Shown: positions 41,481 through 51,624 of the stretch, piece by piece
Position numbering within the stretch: position 1 is the first letter of the stretch
Layout: every line of letters starts with the position of its first letter
NCBI GenBank assembly: GCA_016716675.1
Contig: JADJVG010000008.1
Span: forward strand, 123,134 to 187,133
Source: Hyphomicrobium sp.
GTDB taxonomy: Bacteria; Pseudomonadota; Alphaproteobacteria; Rhizobiales; Hyphomicrobiaceae
Direction: 5' to 3'
Length of the DNA: 64,000 nt
Notes under the pieces: generated by a model
Database searches by the model: none
Seen by the model: the letters and a program-made list of their open reading frames with translations, nothing else
Told to the model about the DNA's origin: nothing
Position numbers and translations under genes: made by a program

Positions 41481-43496
41481 ATGCAAAGCGCCTCCATCAT
41501 TCGCACCACGTGCCCACGCGATTGCTACGATTCCTGCGGTCTTCTGGTGAAGACGTCATCGGCCGGTGAAGTCAGCGTCGTCGGCGATCCCAGTCATGCC
41601 TTGGCGCACGGAGCGCTATGCGGAAAATGTTCGATTGCCTACAACGGCGTTTGGCGCGATGCCAAGGCGCGCCTTTCCACGCCATTGAAGCGCGTTGGAG
41701 CTAAGGGCGAAGGCCGCTTCGAAGCTGTGACATGGGATGAAGCACTGGCCGATATTGCGCAACGGCTCAACACCATCCGCGCCAAGAACGGCGGCGGGTC
41801 AATTTTACAGACGCATTATACCGGCACCTGTTCGCTGCTCGCAGGCGTCGTGCCGATGCGCTTCTTCAACCGCATCGGCGCGACCGAAGTCGATCCCGAT
41901 ACGGTGTGCAACAAGGCCGGCCACGTCGCCTTGCAACTGATGTATGGAGAATCGATGCGTGGGTTCGATACCCGCACCATCGATGGCACTAAATGTTTGA
42001 TGATCTGGGGAGCCAATCCTGCGACCTCTGCGCCGCATGTGGATGAGCACTGGTTGAAGCAGACAAAGGCCCCCATCATTGTCGTCGACCCGATCCGACA
42101 CAAAACGGCCGCCGCCGCCGATATGCACTTGCAGCTCTATCCCGGCACGGATGGCGCGTTGGCGTTCGCGCTGCTCCACGTCATTGCGGCAGCAGGCCGT
42201 ATCGATCGAGCGTTCCTCAAAGCGCATACGCAGGGCTGGGATGAAATCGAACCGCAATTGGCGGCATGCACACCGGCCGTTGGCGAATCCATCACTGGCG
42301 TACCGGCGGCACTGATCGAGAAAGCGGCGCTCGCCTATGCTTCGGGGCCGTCGCTGTTATGGATGGGGCAGGGCTTCCAGCGCCAGACCTATGGCGGCAA
42401 TGCCATGCGCGCGGTCGGCCTGCTTCCGGCGGCGAGCGGCAACATCGGCAAGTATGGCGCCGGCTTCCTTTATCTCAATGGCTGGGATACGCGCGGCGTC
42501 GATGCAGGATATCTCACCGCGAGCCATCTCAATACCGAGCAGTCGCCAGCCGTCAGCCACATGGATTTGGCTGCCCGGTTAGAGCAGCCGGCAACGAAAG
42601 CGCTCGTCACCTGGAACAACAACATTGCCGTTTCCAGCCCCGAGCAGAGGCGGCTGCGGTCGGCGCTGGCACGGGAAGATCTGTTACAGGTTACGCTCGA
42701 GCTGTTTGCAACCGACACGGCCAAATATGCCGATTACGTGCTGCCAGCCGCGAGCTTCCTTGAATTCGATGATGTGGTGATGCCGTATTTCAATTCGTGC
42801 ATATCGGTGCAGGCAGCGGCGATGCCGCCGACGGGCCAGTCGTTGCCCAATCAAGAGATCTTCCGCCGCCTCTCCAAGGCCATGGGCTTAACCGAACCTG
42901 AGCTGTTTGAAAGCGATACCAGCATTATCGCGACGCTGTTGCAGCAGGCAAAGCCCGGGCTTGATTTCGCCACGCTCGCCAAGGCCGGCACGATCTTCTA
43001 TCCCGAGACTCCGGCAGTGCAGTTTGCCGAGCATAATTACAAAACAGCCTCCGGAAAAATAGAACTTGCAGGGCAGAGCTTTGTCGATGTGGGGTTGCCG
43101 CGCGCGCCTTTTGCATCAAGCGAACCGCGGCCTGAGGGGCGTGAACTGCGCATGCTGTCGCCAGCGTCGAAGTGGCTGTTGAATAGCAGCTATGGCAACG
43201 ATCCGAAAATCATCAAACAGCTCGAAGCAGGGGAAGTCTATCTACATCCCGACGAAGCAAAAGCTCGAGGGCTTGCCAGCGGCAGCAAGGTGCGGCTCTC
43301 CAATGCTATAGGTGACATCACCTTGCGCTTGGCGCTGTCTGACGATGTGCCGCGTGGCGTCGTGCTGGCCCACAAGAGCCGCTGGCCGATGCCCGGTGCG
43401 TCGGAAAACATCAACGCCTTGAACCCAGGGACCAAGGCGGATTTGGCGGATAGCTGTGCCGTACACAGCATCAACGTTGCGGTAGCGCCTGCTTAG
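41481..43496 (+). CDS. Molybdopterin-dependent oxidoreductase (DMSO-reductase superfamily, uncharacterised cytoplasmic clade)
   Basis: N-terminal CPRDCYDSCG...LCGKC Fe-S motif, IWGANP, PGTDGALA, DYVLPAASFLE, C-terminal dinucleotide-binding domain; no Tat signal. Confidence 0.9.
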   Translation: MQSASIIRTTCPRDCYDSCGLLVKTSSAGEVSVVGDPSHALAHGALCGKCSIAYNGVWRDAKARLSTPLKRVGAKGEGRFEAVTWDEALADIAQRLNTIRAKNGGGSILQTHYTGTCSLLAGVVPMRFFNRIGATEVDPDTVCNKAGHVALQLMYGESMRGFDTRTIDGTKCLMIWGANPATSAPHVDEHWLKQTKAPIIVVDPIRHKTAAAADMHLQLYPGTDGALAFALLHVIAAAGRIDRAFLKAHTQGWDEIEPQLAACTPAVGESITGVPAALIEKAALAYASGPSLLWMGQGFQRQTYGGNAMRAVGLLPAASGNIGKYGAGFLYLNGWDTRGVDAGYLTASHLNTEQSPAVSHMDLAARLEQPATKALVTWNNNIAVSSPEQRRLRSALAREDLLQVTLELFATDTAKYADYVLPAASFLEFDDVVMPYFNSCISVQAAAMPPTGQSLPNQEIFRRLSKAMGLTEPELFESDTSIIATLLQQAKPGLDFATLAKAGTIFYPETPAVQFAEHNYKTASGKIELAGQSFVDVGLPRAPFASSEPRPEGRELRMLSPASKWLLNSSYGNDPKIIKQLEAGEVYLHPDEAKARGLASGSKVRLSNAIGDITLRLALSDDVPRGVVLAHKSRWPMPGASENINALNPGTKADLADSCAVHSINVAVAPA

Positions 43497-43537
43497 GGCG
43501 GATTTGAACCAACTGACAACAGCACAATTCCACCATA

Positions 43538-44075
43538 GCCGGATTTGATCCGGCCTTTCAAAGACGTGGCGTCCTTGGTTCGTGGTGCCTGGATTGCCAT
43601 GTCGTGCAAGGCCATAAAGTGGTCCGTGGACTGTTTTCAAATCGACCAGTGTGGAATCGCAATGGAGCTGCAGCAGAGACAAAATGTTGCTGGCTGAGTT
43701 GAGAACAACCAGCGCAGCGTCGCACCACAAGCAACGTCATCCCGTCGAAGGACGGGATGCAAGACAGAACCTTGGGGATGGGATGCCCGCGATGCGGTCC
43801 GACCTCAACGCATTCGCGGCATCTGTCGTTGTGAGGCTTGTCGTGGGTGCCGGTCTGCACCGGCATGACGGAGGTTGCGCGGGCACGGCTGCGAAAAACG
43901 GCTCATAAAACCGAACCGCCGCGCGCTCGGCGGTACGAAGGTTTCGTCGCGGGTGGTGTGCGGCGAGATGGAGCGCAATCGCGCGACGGTCATGCTACTT
44001 CTCAACTTCTTGATGGCCGGAGCATGAGGTTGTTGGGTTACGGCGCGCGTGCCGTACGCGCCTAACCCAACCTAC
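43538..44075. repeat. Cluster of REP-like palindromes
   Basis: Hairpins at 43538-43554, 43736-43761 (GTCATCCCGTCGAAGGACGGGATGCA), 43847-43869 (ends CGGCATGAC), and a GTAG-led REP on the minus strand at 44032-44075. Confidence 0.65.
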
Positions 44076-44100
44076 ACATCTTCGCTTTGTTTGTTGCGGG

Positions 44101-44166
44101 CTATGCATCCTGTAACCATTGGCCGGGGAAGCGGATGTTGAGCGTCTGTGCGCCGGTGGCCGAGTG
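44101..44166 (-). pseudogene. Rhs core fragment (start of a second, truncated module)
   Basis: Hand translation HSATGAQTLNIRFPGQWLQDA*; N.RFPGQ is the motif that precedes the RHS-associated core. Confidence 0.65.
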
Positions 44167-44196
44167 GAACGCACCTCAGAGCCGTCGATCGCTCAA

Positions 44197-44873
44197 TTAG
44201 TTTCTGCTTTGCGTGCCTCTGGACAATGTAAGGTCTTCGAGCGCATCAAAGGCAAAACTAGCAACGGCGTCGCCGTTTTTGTTTCCTAGTTTTCGAAGTA
44301 TCGGAGCGAATGGCATCCGCAGCCGCGCTGCAACAACCGCTGCAAACGCACGATCCATGAAATCCGTGCTATCTGCCCGTTTGCCAATATCATTGTCGTC
44401 CGGACGCTTCAGCTGTCTGACGACCCACTCCAGATTGTCCGAAATCCAACGATGGTGACGGACGTTGCCAGCACTGGCGAGCGACATGGAGTCAATACGT
44501 CTTAGGAGGTTCAGACATTTCCATTGGACGGCGCTTTCACAATCCTGCAGATGTTCAACGCACTGTGCAATGATGACACCGTCGTCGGATGTAGCACTAG
44601 ATATAACACCATCAATTGCATAGAAGCGAACTGCCTTCTCCGGATTATTTAGTAGATGAGCACACTCGCCCAATAGTGGACGTCCTCGCCGGCCAAGCTC
44701 ATAAAGTATCCAAGCACCGCTGATCACAACCTTCGGATCTGTGGATCTCAACAAACTCGTAGGTGGTTTAAGCCAAGGTCCCCATAGAAAGCCTCCAAGA
44801 GGAGGTCAACATCGGTTTCATGCTCCACGCCACGCACCACGCGAACCAGCGCTGATTGTGTGTCAACAGGCAT
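44197..44873 (-). pseudogene. Putative immunity protein (HEAT-like helical), frameshifted near 44753-44755
   Basis: ATG 44873 overlaps the toxin-region stop at 44863; adding one T joins MPVDTQSALV...HLRV to LLRSTDPKVVISGAWILYELG; visibly lower GC. Confidence 0.55.
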
Positions 44874-45364
44874 CGAACGAACTTCCAGATATGAGCTTCT
44901 CGACAGACCCTAACAAGTCCCGCTCTCTTTCGATTTCACTGCGATGGGCCGGACCACTCGGAGTATTCTCCCCCAGCTTTTCCATTCGCGTTCCCGATGG
45001 CGAATGATGTCTCTTAGATTGTCGCGAATCTCTTCGTATGCCTCTTTTGGAAAGTTGAAAGAATGTCTCGGCTTTTATTCGAAGGATGTCACCTGTCTGA
45101 CGGGTTGGGTTCGCAGACAATACGCGATGTTCGCGGCGGATACGATAGTGCGTTCGGTTTGACGCCAGGAGGCGTAAAGAATGACCTCCTGCACGGGCTT
45201 CTGCCCCGGCCGCGGTTCAGCCCGTCTAAATCGGCATCACCTAGAGGATCATTGCCAACATACGCATACAAACTCGGCCCATCGACAAGCCCCAACGGAT
45301 CGGGCTGGAAGTATCGTCCGAGTGATGAATCGTAGTGGCGGTGCCGGTTGTAATGCAGGCCGCT
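44863..45364 (-). pseudogene. Orphan Rhs core plus degraded C-terminal toxin region
   Basis: SGLHYNRHRHYDSSLGRYFQPDPLGLVDGPSLYAYVGNDPLGDADLDGL is the canonical RHS repeat-associated core ending in the DPxGL-type cleavage motif; the downstream region is broken by stops and frameshifts. Confidence 0.8.
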
Positions 45365-45458
45365 CTTTATACGGTGCTTTGGATGCCCAACTGCATCCGC
45401 GCGACGAGCTGGAACCTCTGACCGATAGACCTAAGCGCGCGAGCCGTGCGATTGCAGT

Positions 45459-47834
45459 TTACGCCAATCCGCGCGCCCGTTTCTTTTCCGGGTCGAAGTG
45501 CGGGAGTTTCACAATATGGGCCGGTAACCGTTTCTGTTGGCCGTCGAGCTTGCCGATTTCCACGGCCGTTCCCTCCGCAGCAATTCCGGCATCGACACGG
45601 GCAAGCGCAATGTTCTTATTGAGGAGTGGCGAGCGGGTGCTGCTTGTGACGACGCCCACCTGTGCGCGGCCAATATGAATGTGATCGCCGTGGATCACCG
45701 CTTCATTTGACAAGATGTCGAGGCCTACGAGCTTGTAGCGCGGATGCTGCTGGCGCGCGGTGAGTGCGGCCCGGCCAATGAAGTCCGCTTGCTTGGTCTT
45801 GAGCGGCACGGTGAAGCCGATCCCAGCCTCGAAGGGGTCCGTCTCAGACGAGAAGTCATTGCCGGCAAAAATCAATCCTGCTTCGATCCGCACCATATCC
45901 AGGGCTTCGAGACCCATCGGAGCCAGGCCGTGCTTTTGTCCTGCTTCCCAGACCGCGTCGAACACGGCCAACGCATCCTTCGGATGGCAGAAGATCTCAT
46001 AGCCCAGTTCGCCGGTGTACCCTGTGCGCGATACGACGACCGGCGCGCCGTCAGAATGGTTTATCCTGCCAACACAGAAGCGGAACCACTCGAGTTCGCT
46101 CAGTGTGGGTTGGGTTGGGGATGTCCAGATGATCTCTTTCAGAATGTCGCGTGACTTCGGTCCCTGCACCGCGATGTTGTGCAATTGGTCGGTCGATGAG
46201 CGAACCCAGGCTTCGTAGCCCTTGCGTTGTGCCTGCTCACGCAGCCAAATGCCCGAGTAGTCATCGCCGCCGATCCAACGGAAATTGTTTGGACCGAGCC
46301 TGAAGGCAGTACCGTCATCAAGCATGCCGCCGTTCTCGTAACAGATGGCCGAATAGACGACGCCCCCGGTCGGCAGCTTGGCAATATCACGCGTGAGGCA
46401 ATAGTTGAGCAGTGCTTCGGCGTCGGGACCAGTGACTTCGAATTTTCGAAGCGGCGACAGATCCATCACGACGGCGCGTTCGCGGCAGGCCCAGTATTCG
46501 GCAATCGGGCCTTCGCTTAGAAACTGCTTGGGTAGCCAATAACCGCGATACTCTGTGTAATTACGCGTTAGCGCTGAAAAGCGCGGATGGAAGGCAGTTT
46601 CCTGGGTCATTTGGGGATCGGCGTCCGGTGATTTTCGGTGAGCGATAGCTCTGGCGAATTTCTTTTGCGCGGAATAAGTGCGGATGTGAATGTCCGTCGG
46701 CTCCCAGGCATTGGCCGCATCGATATCGTCGGAACACGACGACGATACGCAGACAAGATCGGTCAGCGCCCGCATGAGCACAAAGTCGCCAGGCCGCGAC
46801 CACGGCTCGTCGAGATACAACTGGTTCAGATGGTCGATGTTGGTGTTATAGAAATAGTTGAGCGCCTCCCAACCCTTGCGAGGTGCGATACCGTAGGGTG
46901 CCAGAGCGGCGTTGAAGTTATCCGTGCAGTTGATATGACCGGGATAGCCCAAGTCGTCGTAATAGCGGCTGTTGCAGGCGGTGGCGAATGCATCGTGGCG
47001 GCCAACCGTGTCTTGCACGATCTCCACCAGCGGCTCGAAGTCACGGTCGAAGGCAATCGATGGCAAGCCGGGTGCCGGGTAACTGCGGCCGAGGAGGGTA
47101 CGCGTGATCGTGGAATCGAGCGCAAGGTCCAGTCCCTTTTCGACTTTTCGCAGAGAAAGCGCTTGGAAGTCCGAACACTGACGGCCTGACACGTCGATAA
47201 CTTGAATATATTCGCCCGCCTTCACCAAATAAGCTGATGCCGTCGCGGCCTTGATGCGGATATCCTGCAGTATATCAGCCAAGGGTTCCGGAAGAACATT
47301 GTCATTCTTTGTTGTGGGTGTTGACCGCGCGATGATCAGCTCAATATCAGTCGCGGTGTTCTGATCCTGAGGTGCCATCGGTGCGCTCGGCGCCGCGACG
47401 AGCAGGAAACCATCCCGCGCTGCGATGAAATTCGCAATTGCGCCTGGGGTGGACGTTAAGCCGAAGAGGCCAATGGATCGGGCGGCCGCGATATTGATGC
47501 CGTGACGCTGCAATTTAGCAAGGCTTCTCGCTGTGCTGTCGTCGATGCCACCAAATGCGAGACGCAACCCATCACCGTTGCCATCAGCGTTCACACCGAG
47601 CGCGCTCATATCTGAGCGGCCATCGCCACTGAAAAAGCAAATCTCGCAGGCTTGCCCGCCTTCAACATCTCGGAAAGCTAGGCGGTCTCCGGCCGCAAGT
47701 CGGACTACGAGCGATCCACCGCCGCGCACGACATGCCGCTGGTGACCACTGGGTAAACTGCGCATTCCGGGACGCAAGATCACACTGGGAAGCACTGCAT
47801 CTGGTTGCGAAGCACCGTTCAAAGAACTCTCCAA
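45459..47834 (-). CDS. tdm: DUF1989 + aminomethyltransferase (GcvT-like) fusion; TMAO demethylase (Tdm)-like
   Basis: DUF1989 domain(s) with SDF, HDAFATAC...YPGHINC, YFYNT and SSSC; THF-binding GcvT domain (DLSPLRKFEVTGPDA, SRTGYTGELGYE, RIEAGL). Confidence 0.75.
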   Translation of the reverse strand: MESSLNGASQPDAVLPSVILRPGMRSLPSGHQRHVVRGGGSLVVRLAAGDRLAFRDVEGGQACEICFFSGDGRSDMSALGVNADGNGDGLRLAFGGIDDSTARSLAKLQRHGINIAAARSIGLFGLTSTPGAIANFIAARDGFLLVAAPSAPMAPQDQNTATDIELIIARSTPTTKNDNVLPEPLADILQDIRIKAATASAYLVKAGEYIQVIDVSGRQCSDFQALSLRKVEKGLDLALDSTITRTLLGRSYPAPGLPSIAFDRDFEPLVEIVQDTVGRHDAFATACNSRYYDDLGYPGHINCTDNFNAALAPYGIAPRKGWEALNYFYNTNIDHLNQLYLDEPWSRPGDFVLMRALTDLVCVSSSCSDDIDAANAWEPTDIHIRTYSAQKKFARAIAHRKSPDADPQMTQETAFHPRFSALTRNYTEYRGYWLPKQFLSEGPIAEYWACRERAVVMDLSPLRKFEVTGPDAEALLNYCLTRDIAKLPTGGVVYSAICYENGGMLDDGTAFRLGPNNFRWIGGDDYSGIWLREQAQRKGYEAWVRSSTDQLHNIAVQGPKSRDILKEIIWTSPTQPTLSELEWFRFCVGRINHSDGAPVVVSRTGYTGELGYEIFCHPKDALAVFDAVWEAGQKHGLAPMGLEALDMVRIEAGLIFAGNDFSSETDPFEAGIGFTVPLKTKQADFIGRAALTARQQHPRYKLVGLDILSNEAVIHGDHIHIGRAQVGVVTSSTRSPLLNKNIALARVDAGIAAEGTAVEIGKLDGQQKRLPAHIVKLPHFDPEKKRARGLA

Positions 47835-48034
47835 GATGTATCTTTAGTATGCAACCTTCAGTGTGCGCGCGCAAGTCGCCTGCTTCGTGTGAGCTTCACG
47901 GCGCTCCTATGCGCGTTGCAGTGTAGCACTGGGGTTCGCGTTATCGATCGCGACAGAGCGCAGAGGCGATTTCGGGGCCGTGGATTGAAGGGGTGAGACT
48001 GCAATAGGCGCCGCGCAGGCGTACCTCAGATCAG

Positions 48035-48232
48035 CTACCGGGCGTTGAGCTCAGATAATACGTGATCGACCAGCATCTCGGCGCGTCCGCTTCCACTCAG
48101 GAGGCAAAGCTCGGGGTTCTCCGACGGCTCGTACGGCGATGTGATACCGGTGAAATTGAGGATTTGGCCAGCGCGCGCCTTTTTGTAGAGCCCTTTAAGG
48201 TCGCGACTTACGCAGAAATCTAACGGCGCATC
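48035..48232 (-). pseudogene. cysC: C-terminal fragment of adenylyl-sulfate kinase (CysC/CysNC)
   Basis: Hand translation DAPLDFCVSRDLKGLYKKARAGQILNFTGITSPYEPSENPEL...; no start codon and no P-loop half. Confidence 0.85.
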
Positions 48233-48311
48233 ACTTAGCTAGGGCCGCATTACATGCTCGCGCCGTCGCTCGATGACGAACTGAACGTCATGGGACGGCG
48301 TCTGCGGCTAT

Positions 48312-51289
48312 TCAGAACTTGACGCCAACCTTGGCGCCGCCGCTGTGTAGGGTGGTGTCGTCGCCGAATTGACCGTCGTACTGCAGACGTACGGTAATGC
48401 CGTTCTGCGAGATGAGGTCGATGCCGGCGCCAACGTCGGCGACGGTCTTATCGACATTGCTGACGAAGGCGAATGCTGGCGTGCCGGCCGGTGCTTCAAG
48501 GAACGACGCCGTCGCCGCGAACGAATCCGTATCGCGGAACGTCGCGCCGCCTTTGACGAAGGCGCGGGTAACAAAACCATCCTCGTAGCGGTGCCCGACT
48601 CCGAGTTCCAACGATGGCGATGCCGATAGCACCGTGTCGGAAGTCTCATCGACATGCAGCGCGATGCCGCCGGTGCCGTACTCGGAATAACCGTCTTGCT
48701 GCAGATGCGTGATGGCCGCTTCGATCTGCGGCCTGAGATAGAACGCCCCCTGGCTCATCAGATACGACGCGGTGAAGCGTCCGCTAACGAAGCTCGAGTC
48801 GTTGCTTGACGTTGCCGACGCAGAAAATCCGTCAAACGCAACATTGCGCTCGTTGTCGTGCCAGCCGAAGCCGCCAGTGACGCTGGCCGCCAACAACCAC
48901 GGCCCCGGATTGTACTTCAGGATGCCGCCGAGATGCAGGCGGTCGCCCTGGGACGCGGCGTTCCTGTTGGTCGCAGAATCGAGCGTCTCGTACCCGATGC
49001 CGCCACCGATGCGCCAGTCCGGCGCGACCATGAACTGGCCACCGGCCGAGACGAATGTTGCGTCTTCGTGGAACCTGTCGCGATTGGTGCCGCCGTCGTC
49101 CTCGTACCGCCGCTGATTGATGCGCGCCCACACGCACTGCCCTTCGCGGATGAATCGCACGCTCTCGCTTTCCTCGCCGACGACGCGGCACGACAGCAAT
49201 TGTTGAGCAAACGTCGTGTTGGAGGTGAGGGCGGTGGATAGTGTGCTACCGGTGCCGAGTGGGGCGAGCTGATTGAGAGCGTTGCCGAGTTCGCCCGACG
49301 TGGAAAGCTGCATCAGCGGCGGCATGAAGCCGAGCATGGTGCCGCCGCCAAAGATCGTGTTGAGGTTGGCGCCTATGGCGTTCTGGTTCGGCGTGAGATT
49401 GTTAACGTTGGTGCCCTGGAAGTTGATCGTCGCCTGCACGTTCATGGTGTTGGCGTCGGGAAACAGCGGGACGTATGTGAGCACCGCGGTGTTGGTGATC
49501 GAGATGCCGTTGTTGGTGATGCCGCCGTCCGCGGTCAAGACCGTGAAGGTCTTTTGTAGCCCGCCCGTTGTCGGAAGCCAGATAGGATCGACTACCAATT
49601 TGCCCGCGAGGCTAGCTGTGCCGGTCACGGCGAGCGTATCGGCTGTGCTGGTACCCCACGCCGCCCGCGTGCGAAGAACACCGCCGGACGTTTGCAGGTA
49701 TTTGCCGGCGAGGTTGACCGTGCCGATTGCGCCTATGCCGCCATTGAGGCGCAGCGTACCGGCATTGTTCAATGTGCCGCTGCCGCCGAGATCGACGGAG
49801 CTGCCGGTGTTGAAGGCTCCGCCCGATTTGTTGTTGAAAGTGGTCGACGACGTACCGGTGAGATCAACGTTGCCGTTGATCGTGCCGGTGTTGGTGACAC
49901 CGACATTGGTGCCGCGCGCATAGAGCGCGTTGCCGGATAGGGCACCGATCGTACCTGCGTTGGTGATTGTCGCAGCCGCGGCCTGTTGGATGTAGACGCC
50001 GTAACCAATTCCCGTGCCGCCCGACACGCTGCCACCGCTGAGGACGTTGATCGCGACGTTGCCGCCCGCGCCATCTATTCCGCTCACAACGCTCAGGTCT
50101 CCGGAGCCGCCGGGGCTGCCGCTTCCTCCGTCGTTGCCGGGCGGATCGCCGCTGCCACCAAGTCCACCGGCTCCTCCGTCGCCTCCACTGCCAGCTATGC
50201 TGCCAGGCGGGCCACCGACGCCGCCAATGCTCGCCGCATAGATGCCGTGCGAGGCGCTACCTGTCGCCGAGACAGTGCCGCTGATATTCACAGTTACAAC
50301 GCCGCCATTGCCCCCGTCGCCGCCAGCACCGCTGTTGGCGCCTTTGCCGCCTTTGCCGCCTTTACCGCCCTTGCCACCTTTGCCGCTGTCGTCTCCTCCG
50401 TCGCCTCCGATCCCCCCCGTTCCACCGTTCCCTCCAGCGCCTCCCGCTCCCCCCGCACCGCCTTGGCTGACGGCGTAGACACCATGTGACCCGATACCAG
50501 CCGTCAGGACGGTTCCAGATTCGTTGACGGTGACCGCTGGGCCCTTACCACCAAGCCCCCATTACCACCGACGCCACCTGGGCCGCCGTTGGTACCGGTG
50601 TCGCCGGGTCGACCGGGAGCACCATCGAATCCGTCACCACCCGTGCCGCCTATTCCGCCTGTTCCTCCCGCACCACCTTCACCACCGATGCCCGTTGTCA
50701 TGACGCCGTATGCGCCATTAACTGCCGTGGAGATCTGCCCGGCGACATTGACGGTCACGGCGCTGGTAGCACCCCCGCCGGTGCCGCCGCTGCCACCGGC
50801 ACCGCCCGCACCGCCCGGATCAAGCGGAGTGCCATCGCCTCCCGTTCCACCCAAACCGCCGTCACCGCCGGTACCCGCCGTTAGTCTCCCAAATGGGCCG
50901 ATGTCATTGGACGTTATGGACGACCCAGTGGGTAACGCGATGCTCAAAAAGCCATCGAGGCCGGAGCCACCGTTTCCGCCTGCACCGCCGGTGCCGCCTG
51001 ACGTGGAGGAGGGTGTCCCAAGTTGTCCGAAGGCTCCCATGCTCAAAACCTGGACGTGCCCCTCAGAACCCGCTATCGCGCCTGTGCATGTGTAGAAGAA
51101 GGTGCCGGGTGCGGGTGAGGCGAGGCTGCATTCCCCTCCGTTCGCGACGCTCTGTGTTGGGGCGAACATTGCGGCGAGGACGATCGTGCTCACGGATGTG
51201 CCAAGCTGATATCGGCGCTTGCGGAGCCCACCGTGGCCGCGCACCATCTCGCATTCAGCGTGACGCGCAGCATTACCTGCCATCGGCAT
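48312..51289 (-). pseudogene. Gly-rich autotransporter split by a single-base frameshift at a G5 run (50556-50560)
   Basis: 5' ORF (signal, GGxGG repeats) joins 3' ORF (barrel ending GAKVGVKF) if one G is added; the restored frame reads GNGGLGGKGPAVTVNESG...SHGVYA and continues without stops into the 659-aa ORF. Confidence 0.85.
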
Positions 51290-51624
51290 TCTCAAGTCCC
51301 CAGAACGCTGGCGCTTCCCCTCCGACGCCACCATTTACCGATCGCAGAGGTTCAATCCACGCGACTAGTCGTTCCGAGACTCTCGTTTTTTGCTGAGTTA
51401 GGCAATAACGGGTCCTAACGAATCAGTGTGCGCATTTGGCCTTATCCAAAGCTGATTCGATGCGAACGTAGTTACGGTTGTGGCGTTTCCTGCCTTGCGG
51501 AAAGCGGACAATATATCGCCCGCGAGCGATCCTCGCGTATGGGCGTCAGCCAGCTCCCCTCGGATGACCCGTTGAAATCGCTACCGAAACACGGCGCACC
51601 TGAAGCGACGGTCGCGCGATCTCG

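Noticed and set aside
47858-47899. 13-codon uORF with TAGGAG RBS upstream of tdm
   Set aside because: No informative codon pattern or attenuator structure; could be chance.
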